DNA from: an uncultured bacterium
GTDB lineage: Bacteria > Verrucomicrobiota > Kiritimatiellia > PWTM01
DNA: 59,378 nucleotides
Assembly (NCBI GenBank): GCA_900661335.1
Contig: CAACVY010000001.1
Span: 1-59,378, forward strand
Direction of reading: 5' to 3'
This document shows, one piece after another, positions 1-10,993 of the stretch (its first letter is position 1; each line of letters begins with the position of its first letter). The notes under the pieces were generated by a model. The model ran no database searches, had not been told where the DNA came from, and was given only the letters and a program-made list of their open reading frames with translations. The position numbers and the translations under genes were made by a program.

Positions 1-97
1 CCGCCACCTCGCCGTTTTTAATCGGCACGTTGAAGTCCACCCGGCACAACACGCGCCGGCCTTTCAAATCGACATCACGCACGGTCAACTTATTCAT
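1..97 (-). CDS. pgk: Phosphoglycerate kinase, N-terminal fragment (runs off the window start)
   Basis: Manual translation from ATG at 97 gives [32 protein letters not shown], containing the PGK signature RVDFNVP. GGAGG lies upstream and the gene follows gap. Confidence 0.95.
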   Translation of the reverse strand, partial: MNKLTVRDVDLKGRRVLCRVDFNVPIKNGEVA

Positions 98-116
98 CCT
101 TGCACCTCCCCAGCGG

Positions 117-179
117 GTCCCGGAACGCAATGCGGGATGCAGACAACCGGCGCCTGCACCCCGCATCCGTTCGAGGGAC
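117..179 (-). other. Long imperfect intercistronic stem-loop between gap and pgk
   Basis: Nested inverted repeats GTCCC/GGGAC (117-121/175-179), ATGCGGG/CCCGCAT (130-136/160-166) and TGCAG/CTGCA (138-142/154-158). No U-tract follows on the minus strand. Confidence 0.6.
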
Positions 180-182
180 GGT

Positions 183-1376
<1,194 letters not shown>

Positions 1377-1645
1377 CTATGCTGCCGGGATAGTCCCTGA
1401 GGGTCGGTGCAAGTGTCGCGTGGCCTCTGTCTCAGGCCGATCTCTGCACAGCTCTGACGCTTGGGGGCTTGGGTGCGTTCCATCGTCCATGGGGATGGGA
1501 GGTGGTTGCGGGGTGGTTTACGGGGCCAGACGCGAATCAGTCAAATGTGCGAGCCGGCCGACGGATCGTATCGACGTGGGCGGTTTCCAACTCCGTAGTG
1601 TGAGTCGCGAGATGGGGTGGGTTTGGTGTACACTAGGTGCCGCGC

Positions 1646-1722
1646 GGGCGGTTAGCTCAGTTGGCCAGAGCGTCTGGTTTACACCCAGAAGGTCGCAGGT
1701 TCGAGCCCTGCACCGCCCACCA
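1646..1722 (+). tRNA. tRNA-Val (anticodon TAC)
   Basis: Acceptor stem GGGCGGT/ACCGCCC, D-arm GCTC/GAGC, anticodon arm TCTGG-TTTACAC-CCAGA, T-arm GCAGG-TTCGAGC-CCTGC and an encoded CCA. Confidence 0.97.
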
Positions 1723-1727
1723 GTTGC

Positions 1728-3524
1728 TTAGGGGGTGCGGCGGATTCTCCAAAACTGGACATCGTTGGTGGTCGTGGGCTTGTGAACGCGTACGAAGCTC
1801 GAACTGGCCATGATGGCTGTCGCAGGCACAAAGGCACCGTTCGCCAGGTTGGTGCACAGTTGCACGTCGTATACCAACCCGGTCCATGCGGGGAAGCCGA
1901 TCCGCTCGCCGTTCCATTCGGTGATGCGCACGCAGGATGCGGCGCTAGTGGGATCGGTGCCAGCGAGAAACTCCTCCAAATTGGTCCAACCATCGCCGTC
2001 GGGATCGTCTCCAGCCCGGGAAGAGTCCGAGCTTCGGGGATCGGGATGGCCGAAGTACTGGGTCATCCAGGCATCTGGAAGGCCATCGCTGCCTGTCACG
2101 GGCCGGGTGTCCCGTTGGAAGGAAATCACCCGTACGTGGCAAGGCGGCGAAGCATTGGTGAGGAAGTCCCACAAGCGTACGACCGCCCGGTCGTAGTAGC
2201 TCGAGCCCAGAGGGTCCAGCCGCGAGCTGTTTAAGATGGCGTTGGGCGTGTAGCGGAGCACAAGGCCGGACAAGGTCCAGGTGCCGTACGTCGTGCTGGC
2301 AGTCATGAGTTCGGCAGTGCAAGTGCGGGAATCCCGGCTGAGAGCCAGCAGAGTGACTTGATTGACGCCAGGAATGGAAGGTTGCACTGCAGCGGTAACG
2401 GCATCCAACACTCGATCCGGTGTCCATGGCGGCGTGTCGGTTGGCGGATAGGCTTGCCGTACATTGGCCACGTCGGTCGTGTGAAGGGTAGCGCCGCGGC
2501 CATCGGCATGCGCCCGGTAGTACATGATGGCCTCGCGCAGCGCAGTATTGGTTTCAGCCGGATCTTCGCTGGTATGAGCCAAGCCGAGGGCATGGCCGAG
2601 CTCATGCGTGAGAACTTCCTCGAACGTCGAGGGGTTGTTGAGCGCCGAGGCAGTGTGTTGGAGGATCACATACCCGCGTTGGATATAATCGAACGCCGCT
2701 CCAGCCACAATACCGCCCAGGCCGCCAGTGGGACACAATGAGGTGTCATAGCGGTACACGAACCCGCCGATTCCGAGGGTGCTGCTGGACGAAATTCGGC
2801 CGTAGAGGTCATGAACTTGCACGTACACGACGCCGGCCTGGTCCGTCATGGTGTCGGCCGCGCGGCCGAACGATTGGATGCCGAGGTTTGTGAAGCTCAG
2901 TGATGTAACCTTCGCCCACGCAGAAAGAGCGGTCTCGAGCGCAGTGAGAACCTGGTTCGTCGTGAGACCGGAGGGGAGGGCGTCGAGGTCCACCCAAATG
3001 CCCACCGGCTGAGCGCGATCGGCTTGGGTCCAGCGGCATGGTGCCCCGGTGAACGCGTTGGTCGTCATTCCACTCAACTCGGCCCATACCTCGCGTTCCC
3101 ACAAGGTCACGTCGGCGGGGGGCACTGCACACCGCCAGGCCTCGCTGCGGTGAGGCCGGACCAGCGGCGCGGGCACGGCTGCGTCTGGAGTCTGCAGGAT
3201 CTGCAGCCGACGCCGCGGTGTTCGCCGCGTCGCGAACCGGTAGCATTCGCCAACTTTGAACATCGGTTCGCATCCAACCCACTCGCCGTGGTCCCCCAGT
3301 CGTCCGCCAGGGAATTCGATCAGGATCCACGAACCGCAGCGGCCATACTCGACGTTCTCGACCTCGATGGCAGCAACCGTGCGAAGTCGTCCTTGGTCAT
3401 CTCGTTCCGAACGCCACGCGCGGACGCGACCAAACAGGACCACTTCGGCTTCCGGAGCCTCGATGGATGCCCATATTGCAGCTGGCGCGGCCAAGAGCAG
3501 AAAGACTGCAGAACGGATGTTCAT
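1728..3524 (-). CDS. Secreted matrixin/M10-like metzincin metalloprotease with Ca-binding DxDGD repeats
   Basis: Signal peptide MNIRSAVFLLLAAPAAIWA, zinc motif HELGHALGLAH with a Met-turn (AIMY), and DGLPDAW...DPDGDGWTNLEEFLAGTDP near the C-terminus. The ORF-track extension to 4172 is probably non-coding. Confidence 0.8.
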   Translation of the reverse strand: MNIRSAVFLLLAAPAAIWASIEAPEAEVVLFGRVRAWRSERDDQGRLRTVAAIEVENVEYGRCGSWILIEFPGGRLGDHGEWVGCEPMFKVGECYRFATRRTPRRRLQILQTPDAAVPAPLVRPHRSEAWRCAVPPADVTLWEREVWAELSGMTTNAFTGAPCRWTQADRAQPVGIWVDLDALPSGLTTNQVLTALETALSAWAKVTSLSFTNLGIQSFGRAADTMTDQAGVVYVQVHDLYGRISSSSTLGIGGFVYRYDTSLCPTGGLGGIVAGAAFDYIQRGYVILQHTASALNNPSTFEEVLTHELGHALGLAHTSEDPAETNTALREAIMYYRAHADGRGATLHTTDVANVRQAYPPTDTPPWTPDRVLDAVTAAVQPSIPGVNQVTLLALSRDSRTCTAELMTASTTYGTWTLSGLVLRYTPNAILNSSRLDPLGSSYYDRAVVRLWDFLTNASPPCHVRVISFQRDTRPVTGSDGLPDAWMTQYFGHPDPRSSDSSRAGDDPDGDGWTNLEEFLAGTDPTSAASCVRITEWNGERIGFPAWTGLVYDVQLCTNLANGAFVPATAIMASSSFVRVHKPTTTNDVQFWRIRRTP

Positions 3525-4341
3525 ATTCCACTGCCAGAGTATTTCAAGGGCGGAGGGCGTGCAAGAAAGTGGATTTTGGCATGGATACTGGGCTTCGCGC
3601 GGGCTTCTCTGGGACCGTTTTTCGTTGCGCTGAAGAACTGGGAGGTTGGGGGACGGGCGGGTGGCCAGCGCACGGTTTAGCGCAAGCGCAATGTGGCTCG
3701 CGGGCTTGCAGCTTCTCCGGTTAAGGTCGCTGGCTCCGCTTCTGCGTCTTGAACCGGCTTGCACACAGGGGGCTTCGCCGTCAGGGCGACCGCAATCTCG
3801 GTCAACGCGAACCTCGGCCAAATGGCGACTGGAGTTTCGAAACTCGCTGCGGTTGATGGCGGTAACTATTACTTGTGTGGCTAGGCCGTCCTGCCTTCCG
3901 GTCAATTCCAAGAACGCTTGAACGAATCTCCGCGGACCGTTGACCCGGGATGACCTCGCGCGGTCGCTCACTGCGGGCGAGTGGCACACCGTGGCTGTCG
4001 TTGGTGCGCACTGGGACAGGCGACGGGGGCTCGGTTTGGGTGGGTGGCTGTGTGGACAATGGCGGCGGGCTTCCCGGTTCTCGAAACCGATGAAATAGAC
4101 CTTTCGTGCCGGCTCGAGCTCGTCGAATGGGGGCAGACTAAAATCTGCCTGGAAGCCCCGGGGATCCTGCACATGGGCCGTAGGCTTTTCGCCGATGCCG
4201 GCGCAAACGGGGTGGAAAGGAGCGTATGGTCTATTACTGGCGGGTGTCGTCCACGCGTTCCATCCAGGTGCGGACGATGAATTGGGGGTCGTTTTGACTG
4301 GTAGAGGACCAATTCACCTTGAGTTTGTCACGACACCGGTG

Positions 4342-4369
4342 TTGCGAGCGACGCAAGGGAGGGTATCAT
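4342..4369 (+). promoter_or_regulatory. Putative sigma70 promoter of hom-lysC-cimA
   Basis: TTGCGA-16 bp-TATCAT, about 80 nt upstream of the hom ATG. Confidence 0.45.
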
Positions 4370-4451
4370 ATTTTGACTTGTCCCGGCCAGTGGAAACGTG
4401 GGCGGGAGCCTTTGCCCGGCCACCGATGCCGGGCCGGAAGCGGTTTTTGGT

Positions 4452-5777
4452 ATGTCGGAGCCAGTTGAGTTTGGTGTCGCAGTTATTGGTTTTGGTACGG
4501 TGGGCGCCGGCGTGGTGGATTTGCTCACGAAGCACCAGGACCTGTTAACGGAGCGAGCGGGGCTGCGCCCTTTGTTGCGGGGCGTGGGAGATTTGGATTT
4601 AGACCGCCCTCGCGGCGTGCGGGTGGATCGATCGCTATTGACTCGGGATGTGGAGGGGCTGATCCGACGCCCGGACGTGCACATTGTCGTGGAAACAGTG
4701 GGGGGAACCAAAGCGGCTCGGGACATTGTGTTAGCCGCATTGCGTGAGAGGAAGCCCGTGGTGACGGCGAACAAGGCGTTGTTGGCCGAGCAAGGGCCAG
4801 AGTTGTTTCAGGTCGCTCGGGACCACGGTGCGGGAATTTATTTCGAGGCGTCGGTGGCGGGGGGGGTGCCGGTCATCCGGGCCGTGCGCGAGGGGTTGGT
4901 GGCGAACCGGATTGCGCGGATTTACGGAATTTTGAACGGCACGTGCAATTACATCCTTACTCGCATGGAAGAGGACGGGGCCACGTTCGACGCTGCGTTA
5001 CAGGCGGCGCAGCAGGCTGGCTATGCGGAGACCGACCCTTCGTTGGACGTGGACGGCATTGATACGGCGCACAAAGCAGTCATCTTGGCGTCGCTTGCGT
5101 GTGGCCGGCCGGTGCCATTTTCGGCGGTGGGCGTCGAGGGAATTCGAAGTGTGGCGACGGTGGACTTGGAGTATGCGCGGACTCTGGGCTACAGCATCAA
5201 GCTCATGGCCGTGATTCGGAACGACCCCGGGGGTGTGAGTGTCCACGTCGGCCCATGTTTGGTGCCTCGGTACCATCTTTTGGGGCAGGTGCGGGCAGAA
5301 TACAACGCAGTGCTGGTGCGCGGTGATGCGGCGGGTGACACCGTGTACTGTGGGCGCGGAGCGGGCCGGTATCCGACCGCTAGCGCGATCGTGAGCGACA
5401 TCATGGATGCGGCCCGGCGCCGTCAGTATGCGGAGGCCCACCCAGATGCGTTTCGGGGAGAACCGCCGAAGATCCGGGCTGACGCTTATGACCGGGCACG
5501 TTGGTACATTCGCTTGATGCTCATGGATCGGCCTGGTATGTTGGCGCGCGCCGCGGACGTATTCGGACGGCACGAGATCAGTTTGGCGTCCGTAGTCCAG
5601 CGGGAAGGATGGCACGACACGTATGTGCCGGTGCTATTCTTGACTCATCCGGCCATGTACGGCGCGGTGCGACGGGCAGTTCGGGAACTGGCCCGGTTGG
5701 AAGGCATCGGAGGCCTGCCAGTATGCTTCCGGATTGAGGACCTGGCAGGGGACGAAGTTCCTCTATCGTCCCGATAA
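4452..5777 (+). CDS. hom: Homoserine dehydrogenase with C-terminal ACT domain
   Basis: GFGTVG, VVTANK, FEASVAGGVP, GILNGTCNYIL, GRGAG and ACT-like DRPGMLA motifs. Confidence 0.95.
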   Translation: MSEPVEFGVAVIGFGTVGAGVVDLLTKHQDLLTERAGLRPLLRGVGDLDLDRPRGVRVDRSLLTRDVEGLIRRPDVHIVVETVGGTKAARDIVLAALRERKPVVTANKALLAEQGPELFQVARDHGAGIYFEASVAGGVPVIRAVREGLVANRIARIYGILNGTCNYILTRMEEDGATFDAALQAAQQAGYAETDPSLDVDGIDTAHKAVILASLACGRPVPFSAVGVEGIRSVATVDLEYARTLGYSIKLMAVIRNDPGGVSVHVGPCLVPRYHLLGQVRAEYNAVLVRGDAAGDTVYCGRGAGRYPTASAIVSDIMDAARRRQYAEAHPDAFRGEPPKIRADAYDRARWYIRLMLMDRPGMLARAADVFGRHEISLASVVQREGWHDTYVPVLFLTHPAMYGAVRRAVRELARLEGIGGLPVCFRIEDLAGDEVPLSSR

Positions 5778-5797
5778 ATTAGTGAAACGGAGCAGCG

Positions 5798-7063
5798 ATG
5801 GCGTTGTTGGTCCAAAAGTACGGTGGGACCTCGGTAGCGAACGCCGAGTGTATGCGGAATGTGGCCCAGCGGATCGCGCGAACTCGGTCCGAAGGGCATC
5901 AGGTGGTGGTGGTCGTTAGCGCGATGGGCGACACGACGGACGACTTGATCGCGCTGGCCAAGCAGGTGAATCCGGATCCCGACCCACGGGAGATGGACAT
6001 GCTGCTGGCCACGGGCGAGCAAGTGTCCATCGCGATTTTAACGATGGCGCTGCACCACATCGGCGTTCCGGCGATTTCGTTCACGGGTCCCCAAGCGGGA
6101 ATTTTTGCTGAAAGCGTTCACCTGAAGGGCCGGATTATCGACGTACGTCCCAAGCGAATCGTGGAAGCGTTGCGCCATGGCAAGGTGGTGATCGTGGCGG
6201 GGTTTCAAGGTTTGGATGAACAGGAGGACATCGTGACGCTTGGCCGCGGCGGATCGGACATGACCGCGGTGGCGTTGGCTTGGGCGCTCAAAGCAGACCG
6301 GTGCCAGTTCTTCAAGGACGTGCGCGGGGTCTTTACCGCGGATCCGCGCATCGTTCCAGAAGCACGAAAACTGGACGAGATTTCTTATGATGAGATGCTG
6401 GAATTGGCGAGCATGGGTGCCGCCGTGTTGCAATCTCGTGCGGTGGAGTTCGCCAAGCAGTATGGCGTGCCCCTTGAAGTGCTGTCCAGCTTCGAAGACG
6501 AACCGGGTACCATCGTGCGAGAAGAGGTGAAAGCTATGGAACATGTGGTGGTGCGTGGAGTCGCGGCGGATCGAAATCAGGCGAAGATCACGATTTTGAA
6601 GGTTCCGGACCGGCCGGGGATCGCGGCGACGATTTTCGACGCGATCGCTCGTGCCAACGTCAACGTCGACATGATTGTGCTGAACGTCCGCTCGCAAGGG
6701 CAGTTAGCGGACCTTTCCTTTACCGTTCCCGAAGGGGATCTAAAGGTCGCCTTGAAGGCGGTGCAGTCGGTCGTTCCCGAGGTGTCGTCGGAGGGCGTCA
6801 TCTACGACACGAACATCGCGAAGGTCAGCATCGTGGGGGTAGGCATGCGTAGCCACTCGGGCATCGCGGCACGCATGTTCTCGGCATTGGCCAAGGCCGG
6901 CATTGACATCCACATGATTTCCACTTCGGAAATCAAGATCTCGGTGGTGATTCCTAAGGAAAAAGCTGATGAGGCGGTTCGGGTACTGCACCGTGAATTC
7001 CGGTTGGACCGGCCCGTGACCACGGTGCGCACGCGGGTAGTCCGCCGGCGGAGCCGTTCATGA
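5798..7063 (+). CDS. lysC: Aspartate kinase
   Basis: VQKYGGTSV, VVSAMG, TLGRGGSD and two ACT domains (ISTSEIKIS). Confidence 0.96.
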   Translation: MALLVQKYGGTSVANAECMRNVAQRIARTRSEGHQVVVVVSAMGDTTDDLIALAKQVNPDPDPREMDMLLATGEQVSIAILTMALHHIGVPAISFTGPQAGIFAESVHLKGRIIDVRPKRIVEALRHGKVVIVAGFQGLDEQEDIVTLGRGGSDMTAVALAWALKADRCQFFKDVRGVFTADPRIVPEARKLDEISYDEMLELASMGAAVLQSRAVEFAKQYGVPLEVLSSFEDEPGTIVREEVKAMEHVVVRGVAADRNQAKITILKVPDRPGIAATIFDAIARANVNVDMIVLNVRSQGQLADLSFTVPEGDLKVALKAVQSVVPEVSSEGVIYDTNIAKVSIVGVGMRSHSGIAARMFSALAKAGIDIHMISTSEIKISVVIPKEKADEAVRVLHREFRLDRPVTTVRTRVVRRRSRS

Positions 7064-8694
7064 GCCGGCGGATCGAGATCTATGACACAACGCTCCGAGA
7101 CGGAGCGCAGAGCCCGAGGGTGTTTTTCAGCGAGGCGGGGAAACTCCAGATTGCGCGGCGGCTCGACGCGTTCGGGATGGACTACATCGAGGGCGGGTTT
7201 CCGGCGTCCAATCCGAAAGATGCGGGATTCTTCCAAGAAGCGGCACGGTTGTCTTGGACGACCTCGCAAGTGGTGGCCTTTGGCAGTACGCGTCGTGCTC
7301 GGACGTCGGTGGGCGAGGACCCCGGCATCCGCGCGCTGCTGGAAACCCCAGTACCCGCGGTGGCGATCTTTGGTAAAGCGTGGCGGTTGCACGTACGCGA
7401 CGTGTTGAAGACCACGGACGCCGAGAATCTGCGCATGGTCTCGGATTCGGTGCGGGCGTTGAAGGCCGCCGGCCGTGAAGTGGTGTTCGACGCAGAGCAT
7501 TTTTTTGATGGCTACCGCGACGATGCGGCCTACGCCATGGCAGTGTTGGCCGCTGCGCGGGAGGCGGGCGCCGACGTTCTCGTGCTGTGCGATACCAATG
7601 GTGGATCGTTGCCCGATGCCGTCGCGCAGATTACCCGAGAAGTGGTTCAGCGATTTGGGGGGCGCATTGGGATTCATGCCCACAACGATGGCGAGCTTGC
7701 CGTGGCCAACACGTTGGCCGCGGTCCAAGCGGGGGCCGTGCACGTCCAGGGGACCATCAACGGATTTGGCGAGCGTTGTGGGAACGCCAACCTCTGCTCG
7801 ATCATTCCCAATCTCGTTCTCAAGATGGGACTCGATTGCACGGCGGCGCGGTCGCTGAAAGAGTTGCGCGCGTTGTCGGAGTTCGTGTACGAACTGGCGG
7901 ACATTCCGCCCAACCCTCGATTGCCGTTCGTGGGCGAGGATGCCTTCGCTCATAAAGCGGGCATGCATGCGGATGCCGTTCGGAAGAACCCACGCGCCTA
8001 TGAGCACATCCCGCCCGAGTCGGTCGGTCACCAGCGCCGAATCCTCGTGTCGGAGCTTTCCGGGGCTAGCAACGTGCTCATGAAGGCGATCGAAATGGGG
8101 ATGCACCTCGATCGGGATTCCCGGGAAGTTCGTGACATTTTGCTCGAGTTGGAGCGCCTTGAGCGACAGGGATACCAATTCGAAGCGGCGGATGCCTCGT
8201 TCAAGCTTTTGGTTCAAAAGGTCCTTCGGAGACACCGCGCCTTTTTCCACTTGGAGGGGTACCGCGTGATCGTGGAGAAACGTCGCGCTGGAGAACCTTG
8301 CGTGTCGGAAGCGACCGTGAAGTTGCGAGTGAACGACCAGTTGGTGCACACGGTCGGCGAAGGCGATGGCCCCGTGGACGCGCTGAACCATGCCTTGCAG
8401 AAGGCGCTTATTCCGTTCTACCCCTCGATCCGTGAGGTTCGGCTGGTGGACTACAGCGTCCGCATTTTGGACGCCAAGGCCGGCACTGCTGCGAAAACGC
8501 GCGTCTTGATCGAGTCGGCAGCGGGCCGACACCATTGGAACACGATGGGGGTGTCGGACAACATCATCGAAGCTTCTTGGGACGCCTTGGTCGAAGGAAT
8601 CGAATACAAGCTTCTCCTCGACGAACAGGAGGGGAAGACTTCCTCTCCGGCTACGAGCTCCGCGACGGCCGCCGAACCCCCGTCAGAGTCCTAG
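7060..8694 (+). CDS. cimA: Citramalate synthase (LeuA/CimA family)
   Basis: DTTLRDGAQ, CimA-type FDAEHFFDG, HAHND, GERCGNAN and AFAHKAGMH. ATGA overlap with lysC. Confidence 0.9.
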   Translation: MSRRIEIYDTTLRDGAQSPRVFFSEAGKLQIARRLDAFGMDYIEGGFPASNPKDAGFFQEAARLSWTTSQVVAFGSTRRARTSVGEDPGIRALLETPVPAVAIFGKAWRLHVRDVLKTTDAENLRMVSDSVRALKAAGREVVFDAEHFFDGYRDDAAYAMAVLAAAREAGADVLVLCDTNGGSLPDAVAQITREVVQRFGGRIGIHAHNDGELAVANTLAAVQAGAVHVQGTINGFGERCGNANLCSIIPNLVLKMGLDCTAARSLKELRALSEFVYELADIPPNPRLPFVGEDAFAHKAGMHADAVRKNPRAYEHIPPESVGHQRRILVSELSGASNVLMKAIEMGMHLDRDSREVRDILLELERLERQGYQFEAADASFKLLVQKVLRRHRAFFHLEGYRVIVEKRRAGEPCVSEATVKLRVNDQLVHTVGEGDGPVDALNHALQKALIPFYPSIREVRLVDYSVRILDAKAGTAAKTRVLIESAAGRHHWNTMGVSDNIIEASWDALVEGIEYKLLLDEQEGKTSSPATSSATAAEPPSES

Positions 8695-8813
8695 GCTTCT
8701 CCGCGGCGTTCGACCGTGGGCGACGGGCAAGGAATTGGCCGGATACGGCCGGCGAATGGGGCGAAAAGCCAACGCCTTGCGTAAGGCGAATGCCGAAATG
8801 GGAAGGTGTTCCC

Positions 8814-9827
8814 TTACACCACGCGGGCGCCGAGAGGTTCACCGCGCACGGTGACGAGGGAGTACCCAAATGCCTCGCAAAGGTCGTGGGGTGGGGGGAT
8901 ACCTGTGACCATAAGGATCCCAGCGGAGTCGCCACCGACCGCACCGGCTCCGCACACCTTGGCGGCGCCGCCGCGCTGTTCCACGGCCGCCACGAACTGA
9001 GCGACTCGCGACGGCACGACACCGATCCGACATAGGAGGGCGTGGTTGTCCCGCACCGCCTGGCAAAACTTCTCTGTCTGGTCGCCACGTAGCGCGGATT
9101 CCATGCGTGTGGTGACTTCGGAAAAATCGTCCCACAACAAGCTGGCATCGCCGTGGCGGCGCCGGACTTCCGCAACGCACTCACCCGTCGTAGTGACCGG
9201 TTGGCCGGTGTTGACCAAGACCATTGGGATCTTCGGCAACGGGATGCGTTCCACCTGGCCCTGTTGGAACCGCGCGCATCCTCCGTGGAGCGAGATGTAA
9301 GAGTCTACACCGCTCGGAAACCCGTGTTGCAGGCGTTCCACCTCGAGGCTGTACTGGTAGTACCAATCGGGCCGAAACTCTACCCGGAAATAATGTCCGA
9401 TGGCGCGGAGCATGGAAAGAATGGTCGCCGCCGACGACCCCAGGCCACACCCGATGGGAATGTTCGAGTGGAGACGGAAGTGCAGTCGGCGCTGAAGTTT
9501 CAGGTGCAGTCCGTCCAAAACAATAATGAACGCGTACTGAAACAGCTCGATGGGCTTCCGGAGAACCTGCCGGATGGTCAGGCGTCCCTCAAGAAACAGT
9601 TGGTAGTTGCGGAGGACCCGCCGTCGAAAGTCGCGAAGGGCTAGCAACGTATAGGACTCGCACTCGTGGAGGTCCGATAACTCGATCCCCACAGTTTCGT
9701 CTCCCGGTGGACCCTCGCGAATTTCGACGACGGCGCTGCGGTCAATCGCCATCGCGAGCGCAGGACGTCCGTAGACGACCGCATGTTCACCACTCAAAAT
9801 CAACTTGCCTGGCGCAATCGCTTTCAT
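8814..9827 (-). CDS. mvk: Mevalonate kinase (GHMP kinase)
   Basis: PGKLILSGEHAVVYG, PIGCGLGSSAA, HGFPSGVD and KVCGAG motifs. Last gene of the mevalonate operon. Confidence 0.9.
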   Translation of the reverse strand: MKAIAPGKLILSGEHAVVYGRPALAMAIDRSAVVEIREGPPGDETVGIELSDLHECESYTLLALRDFRRRVLRNYQLFLEGRLTIRQVLRKPIELFQYAFIIVLDGLHLKLQRRLHFRLHSNIPIGCGLGSSAATILSMLRAIGHYFRVEFRPDWYYQYSLEVERLQHGFPSGVDSYISLHGGCARFQQGQVERIPLPKIPMVLVNTGQPVTTTGECVAEVRRRHGDASLLWDDFSEVTTRMESALRGDQTEKFCQAVRDNHALLCRIGVVPSRVAQFVAAVEQRGGAAKVCGAGAVGGDSAGILMVTGIPPPHDLCEAFGYSLVTVRGEPLGARVV

Positions 9828-10993
9828 GCTCGTTCGTACACCCGTTTGTGCTGGCTCATGCCCGCCAAACGGAATGGCCCCGTGCGGTACTGGGCGAACA
9901 CATACTCGCCGCCATCGCGGGGCATCGACAGTGTCACTATATCCTCATATTGCTGGTAGTCCAATTCGACGCGTTCCGCCAAGCGTCGCGCGTGAGCCTC
10001 CGACCACAGCGCCGCCCGGTACCCAGGCTGGACGACGCCGCTAAACCACTCGGCCGTGCATCCCGATCCGTAACTGAATAGGCCGATCCGATCCCCCGAG
10101 AGGTCGTCTGGACATGTATCGAACAACGCCGTGAGGGACTCGTACAGCGATGCCGCATATGTATTCCCCGTTTGACGGTTGTACGCGAGACCATACGAGA
10201 TCCGTCGAGCAGTTTCCTCGGCGGACCAAGCCGGCCATCCCGCTTGGCGGTGAAGCTGCTGGAGCCCTTTTTCTACGATCCGGGTAAACGGCAAGTGGCA
10301 GCATAGCCGCTGAAGGTGGTCCCATTGGAGGCCCGATGCGTCACGGTAGCGCTTCCAGCATTCCACCATGGCATTCAAGTAGACCCGGGTCGAGTATGGC
10401 CCATCCACCAAGGCTTCTTCACGATAGTTGGGTCGCCAGAAGTCCATGACGTCGTCCGCGTAGGTTCCCCGCCAGGGATCGAGGGCGAGCAGCCGCGGCT
10501 GGGCGCAGACACGCATGGCCACCGCCCCGGCGCCTTGCGTGGGCTCGCCAGGGCTACGCAGGTCATACCGCGCAATGTCGGCCGCGATGATCAACACCGC
10601 CCGTCCTGGGTGCGCCGCGACCCACGCGCACGCAAACTGTAAGGCTGCGGTGCCAGAATAGCAGGCCTGCTTGAGCTCCACGGCTGTGCACCGTTCAGGC
10701 AATTCAAGCAGACCATGCACGAACATGGCGGCGGCCTTCGATTGATCTACGCCGGTTTCAGTAGCGAAGAGAAGCCAGTCAAGATCTTCCACGCCATCCG
10801 CTTCGACAATTGGAAGCGCAGCGTTGGCGCCCATGGTCACGACGTCTTCATCGGGCGGTGCCACCGCCATGCGCTCTTGCCCTAAGCCGACGCGGTACTT
10901 GTTCGGGTCTACTTGGCGTACCGCGGCCAGCTTGGCAAGGTCGAGGTAGTAGGCCGGGCAGTAAAAACTCAGCCGATCGATCCCCACTTTCAC
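9824..10993 (-). CDS. mvaS: Hydroxymethylglutaryl-CoA synthase
   Basis: VGIDRLSFY, catalytic Cys in ELKQACYSG, GEPTQGAGAVAM, DFWRPNY and FSYGSG. GTG start overlaps the fni stop. Confidence 0.95.
   Translation of the reverse strand: MKVGIDRLSFYCPAYYLDLAKLAAVRQVDPNKYRVGLGQERMAVAPPDEDVVTMGANAALPIVEADGVEDLDWLLFATETGVDQSKAAAMFVHGLLELPERCTAVELKQACYSGTAALQFACAWVAAHPGRAVLIIAADIARYDLRSPGEPTQGAGAVAMRVCAQPRLLALDPWRGTYADDVMDFWRPNYREEALVDGPYSTRVYLNAMVECWKRYRDASGLQWDHLQRLCCHLPFTRIVEKGLQQLHRQAGWPAWSAEETARRISYGLAYNRQTGNTYAASLYESLTALFDTCPDDLSGDRIGLFSYGSGCTAEWFSGVVQPGYRAALWSEAHARRLAERVELDYQQYEDIVTLSMPRDGGEYVFAQYRTGPFRLAGMSQHKRVYERA

Noticed and set aside
1646-3524. Genomic island integrated at tRNA-Val
   Set aside because: No integrase, no duplicate of the tRNA 3' end, and core genes follow closely.
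4300-4450. Lysine riboswitch upstream of hom-lysC (GGTAGAGG...GAGT start)
   Set aside because: Lacks AGAGGYGC, GAAAGG and GCCGAA elements and the long P2/P3 arms. A promoter-like sequence lies inside it.
6802-8535. 577-aa minus-strand ORF and similar long antisense ORFs (e.g. 58093-59094, 48743-49597)
   Set aside because: They lie opposite well-supported genes (cimA, rpoD, hypF) and are expected by-products of high-GC codon usage.
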